DNA of 17,216 nucleotides from Cyanobacteria bacterium P01_D01_bin.156 (GTDB lineage Bacteria > Cyanobacteriota > Cyanobacteriia > Phormidesmidales > Phormidesmidaceae), in the NCBI GenBank assembly GCA_039024555.1, contig JBCCQQ010000095.1:1-17216 (forward strand), written 5' to 3'. A model generated the notes under the pieces. The model had not been told where the DNA came from and ran no database searches. It was given only the letters and a program-made list of their open reading frames with translations. This document shows, one piece after another, positions 8,045 to 15,171 of the stretch; position 1 is the stretch's first letter; each line of letters begins with the position of its first letter. The translations under genes were made by a program, and so were the position numbers.

Positions 8045-8482
8045 ATGCTTGACAGGATAAACCCTAAAAACACACATTACCAAAATAGGACGACCCGCAC
8101 CGCTGATAGTCTACTAGCCAGGCTAGAACCAAGCATTGCCCAACAGCTAAGTAACGAACAGAGGCAAGAAGTAAAACGCCTCCTTCAACTTGCTATCGGT
8201 AAACCTTCCCAGAAAATTGTTGACCTAAGTTTCACGATTGACCTGTTAGTCTCACGATTTTATTTCAGGCTGCTGGTAGGGGAAGATATCCGTCACAAAA
8301 ATCGGCAACAAAGTTCGGGTAGCCGCATAGGCAACATAGCGGCAGTGATTACGCTGATTGTTACCCTCAACGTTTTGGTAACCATTTCAGCTATTGTAAT
8401 CGGCTACCTAATCAAGTCCGCTATTGGCATTGACCTAATGCCGGGACACTGGCGAGACTGGGTGATAAACCAAATTCTCTAA
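8045..8482 (+). CDS. Conserved hypothetical protein with a C-terminal TM helix
   Basis: 145 aa with K.VDL.F.IDLL..RFY..LLVG.D.R and [15 protein letters not shown] motifs, typical of a widespread uncharacterised family. Confidence 0.8.
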   Translation: MLDRINPKNTHYQNRTTRTADSLLARLEPSIAQQLSNEQRQEVKRLLQLAIGKPSQKIVDLSFTIDLLVSRFYFRLLVGEDIRHKNRQQSSGSRIGNIAAVITLIVTLNVLVTISAIVIGYLIKSAIGIDLMPGHWRDWVINQIL

Positions 8483-9435
8483 CTGGCCAAATACTCCTGC
8501 ATGTCCGCTTGGCGCTTACGCAACCGTGTTAACGCTTCACGCTCAATTTGGCGTACACGCTCACGGCTAATGCTGAGGATTTCACCAATCTTGGCCAAGG
8601 TCATGTGCTTGCCATCATCCAGACCAAAACGCAGATTCAACACTCGCTGTTGTTGCGGCGTCAGTTCTGCCATCAATCGGTCTAAATCTTTGCGTAGCAG
8701 AGATTGAGTAGCGTAGTCTTCAGGAGACTGGCCTGGATCCTCTAGAAGATCGCCCAGGTTAGTATCCTGATTATCACCGATGCGTAGGTCTAGGGATAAG
8801 GGAGTACGAGACTTCTCCAAATAATCCCTAACTTGCTTTGATGTCAGCTTAACTTCTTCTGCCAGTTCCGCTACCGTAGCGGCCCTTCCTAGCTTCTGAG
8901 ATAGCTGACGCTGAGCCTTCTTAATTTTGTTCAGCTTTTCAGTAATGTGGATGGGTAAACGAATTGTGCGGCTCTTTTCAGCAATAGCACGAGTGATCGC
9001 CTGGCGAATCCACCAGTAAGCATAAGTAGAGAAACGATACCCTTTGAGAGGATCAAACTTCTCAACACCGCGCTGCATACCAATAGTACCTTCCTGAATC
9101 AGGTCTAACAGATCAACGTTGCGCTTAATATACTTCTTAGCAACGGAGACCACCAGACGCAAATTAGCTTCCACCATGCGACGCTTTGCCAGTTCACCCG
9201 CTTCAATAGCTTTAGTTAATTCATCAACAGATAAACCTGCTGCATCGGCCCATTCCTGAGGACTTGGGTCTCGCTCTAAGCTTTCGCTTAAATCACTACG
9301 TTGATTGTTTAGAGCAACAAACTTCTGAACCTGCTTCCCGTAAACAACTTCTTGCTCGTGGGTTAGCAGTGGCACTCGCCCTATTTCTTTGAGATATGTG
9401 CGAACTAAATCGCTGGATGTCTGAGGAGAATTCAT
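8479..9435 (-). CDS. sigD: Group 2 RNA polymerase sigma factor, SigD/RpoD3 type
   Basis: Motifs [87 protein letters not shown], and C-terminal QEYLAS match the recalled Synechocystis SigD. ATG 9435 is preferred over TTG 9453. Confidence 0.92.
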   Translation of the reverse strand: MNSPQTSSDLVRTYLKEIGRVPLLTHEQEVVYGKQVQKFVALNNQRSDLSESLERDPSPQEWADAAGLSVDELTKAIEAGELAKRRMVEANLRLVVSVAKKYIKRNVDLLDLIQEGTIGMQRGVEKFDPLKGYRFSTYAYWWIRQAITRAIAEKSRTIRLPIHITEKLNKIKKAQRQLSQKLGRAATVAELAEEVKLTSKQVRDYLEKSRTPLSLDLRIGDNQDTNLGDLLEDPGQSPEDYATQSLLRKDLDRLMAELTPQQQRVLNLRFGLDDGKHMTLAKIGEILSISRERVRQIEREALTRLRKRQADMQEYLAS

Positions 9436-9713
9436 GGGTGTGACGCAGCGCAAACTACAGAGAAAACGGAAGTGCCTCTCACATTTATGAGAGGGATTAG
9501 CCAGCCTTAGACCAGCCGTTGGATATGAATAAAAGAACTGTAAGTCTCTAAAACACTTGTCGGCTTAAAGTAACCAAATGCTTCGATATACAACAAGAGC
9601 TGATATGCAATGGAGCAACTGTAGAGACAATCCAGGCCCCTGAAACCTTAAAACAGGGATAATTACAAGTTCGTTAGAAAATTAGTGATGCTGCATCATT
9701 GTGAATCAAGATT

Positions 9714-9736
9714 AGCATAATTTTAAGTAATGTAAC
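9714..9736 (-). promoter_or_regulatory. Candidate HLR1 (RpaB-binding) site adjoining a -10-like TATGCT upstream of sigD
   Basis: Minus strand GTTACATT-AC-TTAAAATT compared with (G/T)TTACA(T/A)(T/A)-N2 repeat: 8/8 and 6/8. TATGCT lies at 9719-9714. RpaB control of rpoD3/sigD is known in model cyanobacteria. Confidence 0.5.
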
Positions 9737-10082
9737 TTTTCTGAGAGAAAAAATTTTCTACTCTAATTTTCTGAAGCTATCGAAAAGCGGGTGGGTATTT
9801 ACCTGACAATATAGGGTTTAGGTTAATTGATTCCTCAGAAATGGGCTGCATCAAGAATGACAAAATCGACTTGTAATTGTTAAGTATTTCGGGATAGGGG
9901 TCCCCTAAACCAGGAAAAAACGTTAAGTTTTCTGGCCATTATGTTAAGTCGCTTAATAAAGCTACGGTATCAATGCGTTGGATGAACGCACAGGATGTGT
10001 TTCAAACATTCATGTTTATCTATCCCCAAGGCCCCAGACATAGACTGGATGCTAATAGTTTCATTGTTTTCAAAGTTTAAGT

Positions 10083-10868
10083 TCAGCCTAGGAGTAGGCT
10101 GTCGTCGTTAAGAGCATCTCCAGCAAAACGATTCAGCAAATCATTCACGGTGAGATTTGCTTTGGCAGCTCCAGAAGCATCAAAAATAATGCGGCCCTCG
10201 TGGAGCATCAGCAAACGACTGCCTACAGCCACTGCTTGGCGCATACTGTGGGTGACCATCAGCGTTGTCAGTGCATGTTCTGCTACCAGCTGTACAGTGA
10301 GCTCCATAATAAAATGGGCGGTCTTTGGGTCTAGGGCAGCGGTATGCTCATCTAGCAATAAAATTTTGGCCGGGGCTAGGGTGGCCATTACTAAACTTAG
10401 GGCCTGACGCTGACCCCCAGACAGTAGGCCAATGCGATCGCACAGTCGATTTTCTAAACCTAGGTCCAAACTAGCTAGCCTGGCGCGAAACTGATCGCGC
10501 AGTCGATTGTTAAGGGCAGGCCGTAGTCCTCGATCCTGACCTCGACGAAAGGCCAGTACCAGATTCTCCTCAATGGTTAAGTCGGCGCAGGACCCCGCCA
10601 GTGGATTTTGAAATACCCGCGATACCAAGGTGGCCCGCCGCGCCGTGGACCAGGTAGTGACATTCTGGTTTCCAATAGTCATGGAGCCGCGATCGCAAAA
10701 AATATCACCGCTGATAACATTGAGCAGCGTAGATTTACCCGCGCCATTACTGCCAATAACGCTAATAAATTCCCCAGTAGCAATCTCTAAATCCACCCCC
10801 AGCAGGGCCGATTTCGCTAGCGGAGTACCCGGATTAAACGTGACGTGGATATCAGAAAGAGAAATCAT
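10083..10868 (-). CDS. ABC transporter ATP-binding protein (putative Trp/Tyr uptake type)
   Basis: Walker A GSNGAGKST, signature LSGGQRQ, Walker B/D-loop LLLDEHTAALDP, and H-loop MVTH. The N-terminal TFNPGT is characteristic of this subfamily. Confidence 0.95.
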   Translation of the reverse strand: MISLSDIHVTFNPGTPLAKSALLGVDLEIATGEFISVIGSNGAGKSTLLNVISGDIFCDRGSMTIGNQNVTTWSTARRATLVSRVFQNPLAGSCADLTIEENLVLAFRRGQDRGLRPALNNRLRDQFRARLASLDLGLENRLCDRIGLLSGGQRQALSLVMATLAPAKILLLDEHTAALDPKTAHFIMELTVQLVAEHALTTLMVTHSMRQAVAVGSRLLMLHEGRIIFDASGAAKANLTVNDLLNRFAGDALNDDSLLLG

Positions 10869-10883
10869 GGCCCATGGATATAT

Positions 10884-10933
10884 GTAGGGGCATCCCCTTG
10901 TGAGTGCCGTAGAGGCATCCCCTTGTGGGTGCC
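10884..10933 (+). repeat. Two tandem 25-bp GTAG-type REP-like units
   Basis: GTAGGGGCATCCCCTTGTGAGTGCC and GTAGAGGCATCCCCTTGTGGGTGCC are 23/25 identical. Each can fold as GGCA...TGCC. Confidence 0.85.
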
Positions 10934-10951
10934 CAGAGCAGATGCATAAAA

Positions 10952-11821
10952 CTACCGTTTGAATTTTGCCAACAGATTAACCTGTGGCAATACCAAGGCC
11001 AGCACCACAATTACCGCCGTTACCAAATTCAGATCCTGGGCCCGCAGTCCTAAAATATCCGCATTCAGAGCAAGGGCAATTACCAGTCGATAGATCAAAC
11101 AGCCTAAAATCACCGCCAGGGTAGCCCAGCGCACAGTGCGGCTTGGAAAAATCGCCTCTCCCAGAATCACTGTGGCCAGTCCTACCACCACCGTACCCAC
11201 CCCTAAAGCCACATCGGCAAACCCATTCACCTGGGCAAACAGGGCTCCTGACAACGCCGCCAACGCATTACTCAAGGCCATTCCCAGCAAAATCAAGCGG
11301 TCTGTATAAATGCCTTGCGCATTAGCCATTGTCGGATTCATCCCCGTAGCTCGCATCGCCAGACCCAGATCTGAGGTAAGAAAAAAGTCCATGAGCAATT
11401 TGGTTAGGACCAGACCCACCAGCAGAATCACCCAAATGGGTAAAAGGGTTTCCAGGCCATCAAACAATGTGGGTTGGTTTAGCAGCGGTACATTGGGCCG
11501 CCCCATAATGCGCAGGTTAATGGAATAAAGCGCAATCATGGTCAGAATACTGGCTAGCAAATTAAGGATATTAAACCGGACACTCAGAATAGCCGTACAC
11601 AGACCCGCTAAGGCACCCGCTGCCATGGCCGCCGCAGTCGCCATCCAAGGATTCACTCCTTTGGTAATAAGGGTGGCAACGACAGCGGCACCAAGGGGAA
11701 AGCTGCCATCCACCGTCAGGTCTGGAAATTTAAGCACCCGAAAGGAGAGGTAAACTCCCAGACTAAGAAAGCCATAGAGTAAACCGGTTTCAATAGCTCC
11801 AAGAAAGGCAATAAGGGACAT
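10952..11821 (-). CDS. ABC transporter permease (putative Trp/Tyr uptake type)
   Basis: Motifs LGVYLSFRVL.FPDLTVDGSFPLGA, LLASILTMIALYSINLRIMG, GLAMRATG.N, and GFADV.LGVG; multiple TM helices. Confidence 0.93.
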   Translation of the reverse strand: MSLIAFLGAIETGLLYGFLSLGVYLSFRVLKFPDLTVDGSFPLGAAVVATLITKGVNPWMATAAAMAAGALAGLCTAILSVRFNILNLLASILTMIALYSINLRIMGRPNVPLLNQPTLFDGLETLLPIWVILLVGLVLTKLLMDFFLTSDLGLAMRATGMNPTMANAQGIYTDRLILLGMALSNALAALSGALFAQVNGFADVALGVGTVVVGLATVILGEAIFPSRTVRWATLAVILGCLIYRLVIALALNADILGLRAQDLNLVTAVIVVLALVLPQVNLLAKFKR

Positions 11822-11872
11822 GAACAGCTGTGGGCTACAGGCCTTCGTTAGCTATTCAACCATCGATTGTGG

Positions 11873-12403
11873 TTAGTTCGGCGCTTTACTCCAGCCATTT
11901 TCGCGTGCTTCCTCCTCAGAACAAAACCATTTCTCCCCCTCGTCTGGGCTAATAACCGTTGACTCATAATCCTCCATGCCGGGTAGGTGGTACCACTTCT
12001 TACCTGTATTTATAGAAATATTGCCTTTAATAACACAGTCTGGCTGAGTAATCGCTGTAATTGGAGAAGGAGAATAGCTGGGACTACGGTGTATTGCAAA
12101 TAAAACAGCAATACCGAGCAATACGCTGCCAATAATGACTTTAAGAGAATTCCCCTGTCTGTTTTTTCGTTGGTTTGCCATACGTTGGGGAACGACACCT
12201 TGGATGGAAGCTCTAGCAGCCCGTATTTTTCCATCAGATGTAGTTACCCGCTCGTACAGAATCGTATCCCCGACTTTAGGACGACGACCTGCACCTTTCA
12301 GAGCAGTGATATGCAGAAAAACATCTTTGCCACCACCAGCTGGTTGGATAAAACCAAAGCCTCTATCATCCTTCCAGGTAGTGAGTTTCCCCCTCATCAC
12401 CAT
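11873..12403 (-). CDS. Cold-shock domain + TM helix + ExoI-like C-terminal (C.IKGNI...WFC.E.EA...GW) domain protein
   Basis: The cold-shock domain shows GKLTTWKDDRGFGFI and DVFLHITAL. A TM segment VIIGSVLLGIAVLFAI follows. The C-terminus reads CVIKGNISINTGKKWYHLPG..DY..T.I....GEKWFCSEEEARENGW. Confidence 0.9.
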   Translation of the reverse strand: MVMRGKLTTWKDDRGFGFIQPAGGGKDVFLHITALKGAGRRPKVGDTILYERVTTSDGKIRAARASIQGVVPQRMANQRKNRQGNSLKVIIGSVLLGIAVLFAIHRSPSYSPSPITAITQPDCVIKGNISINTGKKWYHLPGMEDYESTVISPDEGEKWFCSEEEARENGWSKAPN

Positions 12404-12470
12404 AGGTTTGACTGTATAAGTTACCGCTGTCTATAGTTAGTCCGCTTTTTCAGACTACGCTCCTCAGATT

Positions 12471-12557
12471 TTAGTCCTCATTATCCACAGGGATATCATC
12501 TGAGTCAGGAAGCTCAGTGCTGGGGGGAAGATAGGTTCTCAAGTCAACTTGAACCAT
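12471..12557 (-). pseudogene. 5' stub of a Uma2 (DUF820) family endonuclease gene
   Basis: Reads MVQVDLRTYLPPSTELPDSDDIPVDNED*, followed by N-L. This matches the cyanobacterial Uma2 N-terminus LP...ELPDSDDTPVDNE.QN. TAA falls where CAA (Gln) is expected, and similarity is lost about 2 codons later. Confidence 0.8.
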
Positions 12558-12585
12558 GGGCTAAAAATTGAACAGCGCCACACTT

Positions 12586-12613
12586 ATGATAAGCGACGTT
12601 TCACGCTTGTCAT
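12586..12613. other. Hairpin directly after the stop of the 12614-13201 gene
   Basis: ATGATAAGCG-acgtttca-CGCTTGTCAT forms a 10-bp stem with one G-U pair on the plus strand. There is no adjacent U-tract. Confidence 0.45.
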
Positions 12614-13201
12614 TTAGTTGAAGAGTCGTTCACATCCTTCCTTATCGATGAGTTTCTGGGCCGAGTGAAGAATTGGACGGCTGCCCCATTTGCCAACAGC
12701 GAGACGATTGCGAATGTGATAGCGGATTTTTCTGGATACCTTGGATAGTTGTTTCCAGTTCCAAGTGTCTACGCTACCAAGTTGGTCAAAGTATATGGAT
12801 TCCCATTTCTGGGCACGTTTTTCGCTGTTGTGATTTGTGTGTGAGTGATGAATACCTCGTTCTGAAATTCCACCCAAATAAAGTTGGATCAGCCCCCAGC
12901 CACTGGCTTCGTATCGAAATGTATGACCGCTACAGTATTTAGGATTGAGAGCAATTTTCTGGATCACAAAGTTGTCAGAAGCACTGGGCGTGTAGAGTTG
13001 CAGCAATGCTGAATATTTCTGTTTTCCGTGGCAGAGCCCTAAGTTAAATACCTCTGCCAGCTGTTTGGTTGACGTAAATTCACGGAGTTCTTGTCCAAAT
13101 TCTGACGACTTTTCAAAGACATGGCAATCTGTCTCGGCATAGATAAAGTCAAGAACGTTGAGTATGTCGTCACGGATGGCATAGAATTCGCAGTTACTCA
13201 T
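12614..13201 (-). CDS. Hypothetical protein (195 aa)
   Basis: Protein-like from MSNCEFYA onward, with FRYEASGWGLIQLYLGG and SHTNHNSEKRAQKW. The ORF-track extension to 13330 overlaps a different-frame gene remnant, so ATG 13201 is preferred. Confidence 0.82.
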   Translation of the reverse strand: MSNCEFYAIRDDILNVLDFIYAETDCHVFEKSSEFGQELREFTSTKQLAEVFNLGLCHGKQKYSALLQLYTPSASDNFVIQKIALNPKYCSGHTFRYEASGWGLIQLYLGGISERGIHHSHTNHNSEKRAQKWESIYFDQLGSVDTWNWKQLSKVSRKIRYHIRNRLAVGKWGSRPILHSAQKLIDKEGCERLFN

Positions 13202-13307
13202 AAAAATCCCATGCCCATATTTGTTGGATTGTGCGTCCCTTGACGTCTGACTTTTCACCCAGATAAAACGGCACGAGCATTGCTGTGAGATCTTGTTTGG
13301 AGTGCAT
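13194..13307 (-). pseudogene. 5' stub of an opioid-growth-factor-receptor-like (OGFr_N) domain gene
   Basis: AGAGG RBS, then MHSKQDLTAMLVPFYLGEKSDVKGRTIQQIWAWDFYE*. This matches the recalled bacterial OGFr-like start FYLG...D..GR.I..IW.WD, cut just before LE..HDYIQWLFP. Confidence 0.72.
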
Positions 13308-13416
13308 CTGAGATACCTCTGCGATTTCAACTAATTGAAACAAGAGTTGATTGACTCTTGGCCTTACTAGATATTCTTAAAAAGGCTTGATTTGGAGTAT
13401 CTGTACTTCCACGCCT

Positions 13417-14016
13417 ATGGCTTACAGTGATTTCACCCTACGTAAGGTTAAAGATGATTTTTCACTCCAGCTTATCGAGACAGGAAAATTTTTAACTGGC
13501 TTTTCTCCGGTTCAGCCGAGTGATTATCTGGCCCAAACCTTAGATCGTAATCTGTCCATGGCCATTGCTGTGGGAACTGAAAAAGCCCGATCTGAGCTGT
13601 TGATTAGCCCTATCTTGGTGGAAGTTCGGGAGCGACTGAAGCGGCAGATTAGCTTATTTTCGGGTACAGACTTTACGGTGGATGCATCCGTAGGTCTCAG
13701 TGGTATCTGTGATTTTTTGATCAGTCAGTCCCAGGAACAGCTGCTGATTGAAGCGCCAGCGGTAATGATTGTGGAAGCGAAAAAAGAGGACCTTAATCCT
13801 GGATTGGGGCAGTGTATTACTGAGCTAGTGGCAGCTCAACGATTTAATCAGGAGCAAGGGAGACCTGTGACAGCAATATATTATGGTGCTGTCACCACCG
13901 GGAGCCTATGGCGTTTCCTAAAACTGTCGGGGCAGACGGTAGAAATTGATTTAGCGGACTATGCAGTACCGCCTGTAGAAAAGGTTTTGGGAATCTTGTT
14001 GGGAACAGTTGGTTAA
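13417..14016 (+). CDS. Conserved cyanobacterial hypothetical protein, PD-(D/E)XK / HsdR-N-like nuclease fold
   Basis: Starts MAYSDFTL, with TEKARSELLISPIL, G.CDFLIS, IVEAKKE, GLGQCI.EL.AAQRFN and YGAVTTG..WRFL motifs. The fold assignment is inferred from the D...EAK pattern. Confidence 0.82.
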   Translation: MAYSDFTLRKVKDDFSLQLIETGKFLTGFSPVQPSDYLAQTLDRNLSMAIAVGTEKARSELLISPILVEVRERLKRQISLFSGTDFTVDASVGLSGICDFLISQSQEQLLIEAPAVMIVEAKKEDLNPGLGQCITELVAAQRFNQEQGRPVTAIYYGAVTTGSLWRFLKLSGQTVEIDLADYAVPPVEKVLGILLGTVG

Positions 14017-14021
14017 ACGGG

Positions 14022-14053
14022 TATTAGCCGAAGTTAGAAAATCTCGGCTGATA
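14022..14053. terminator. Stem-loop between convergent genes, possible terminator
   Basis: TATTAGCCGA...TCGGCTGATA forms a 10-bp stem with one G-U pair, 5 nt after the 14016 stop. There is no clear U-tract. Confidence 0.45.
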
Positions 14054-14116
14054 GTGAATTCCGAACTCTGGCACCCTATTGATAGCTGATTACACAGGGC
14101 AATGATTACAAACCTC

Positions 14117-15133
14117 TTATTCAAATACCTGATCAGCGCTGTCTTTGATGGCATCGGGAATCGTTACGCCCATGGCTTCGGCAGCAGCTAAGTTTACGGC
14201 TAGATCCACGGTCTTTGCCAATTCCACGGGAATGTCGCCGGGGTTCTCACCGCCGAGAATACGGGTAACCATTTCACCGGTTTGACGACCGACTTCGTAG
14301 TAGTCAAAGCTGGCGGTTGCGATCGCGCCTCTTTCCACAGAATCCGTATCCCCTGCAAACACCGGCAGCTGGTTCTCATTCCCCACCTGAATTACCGACT
14401 CTAGGGCCGACACAACCGTGTTATCCGTCGGTACATAAATCGCATCTACCTTGCCCACCAAGCTTTCTGCAGCGGTTACCACATCAGCGGAGGTGGAGAC
14501 CGTCGCTTCTTCAATGGAGAAACCTTGAGCAGCAGCTTCTTCATTGAGCAGAGTCACCAGACTGACAGAGTTGGACTCTCCTGCGTTGTAAATCACACCG
14601 ATAGTCTTTGCATCGGGGTTAATGTCGGCAATTAGCGCCAAATGTTCATCAATGGGGGAAAGGTCGCTGACGCCCGTAACCGTACCGCCAGATGCTTCTA
14701 GACTGGGTACTAGCTCTGCACCGACGGGGTCAGTCACAGCGGAAAATACGACAGGAATAGTATCGGTGTTACCCACCACGGCCTGGGCCGATGGCGTCGC
14801 GATCGCAACAATCAAATCTGGATTATCGCCAGCAAACTTTTGGGCAATCTGAGCCGCATTCGCTGCCTGCCCCTGGGCACTTTCCCATTCCCACTTAAGG
14901 GAGCTATCGGCTTCGTACCCTTCTTCTTTTAGCTTGTCCTGCAGACCATCACGTACGGCATCAAGGGCGGGGTGTTCCACAATTTGAGTAACGGCAACGT
15001 AGGGGACATCGGTATCTGTAGCGACGGGGTTACCGTAGTTATCGGTGGTGGTATTACAGCCAAAAAGTGTGGCGGAAAGAAGGACAGGAGCGATCAGGGC
15101 TTTGGGTAAAAAAGAAGTTTTTAAGTATGTCAT
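14117..15133 (-). CDS. ABC transporter substrate-binding lipoprotein (Trp/Tyr-binding, TrpX-like family)
   Basis: Lipobox LFGC, plus TQIVEHPALDAVRDG, VAIATPSAQA, PVVFSAVTDPV, VTGVSD, IYNAGE.NS and YVPTDNTV motifs. Confidence 0.93.
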   Translation of the reverse strand: MTYLKTSFLPKALIAPVLLSATLFGCNTTTDNYGNPVATDTDVPYVAVTQIVEHPALDAVRDGLQDKLKEEGYEADSSLKWEWESAQGQAANAAQIAQKFAGDNPDLIVAIATPSAQAVVGNTDTIPVVFSAVTDPVGAELVPSLEASGGTVTGVSDLSPIDEHLALIADINPDAKTIGVIYNAGESNSVSLVTLLNEEAAAQGFSIEEATVSTSADVVTAAESLVGKVDAIYVPTDNTVVSALESVIQVGNENQLPVFAGDTDSVERGAIATASFDYYEVGRQTGEMVTRILGGENPGDIPVELAKTVDLAVNLAAAEAMGVTIPDAIKDSADQVFE

Positions 15134-15171
15134 GGGTATTGAAGTCTCTTAAACAACTAGTAGGCGGGCGT

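Noticed and set aside
11822..12613. Integron attC sites or dif/pdif sites after the inserted genes
   Set aside because: There are no complementary RYYYAAC/GTTRRRY boxes at proper spacing, the match to the XerD arm is poor, and no integrase is present.
13202..13330. N-terminal 43-aa extension of ORF 12614..13330
   Set aside because: The extension is not protein-like, and another frame here encodes a recognisable OGFr-like N-terminus with its own RBS.
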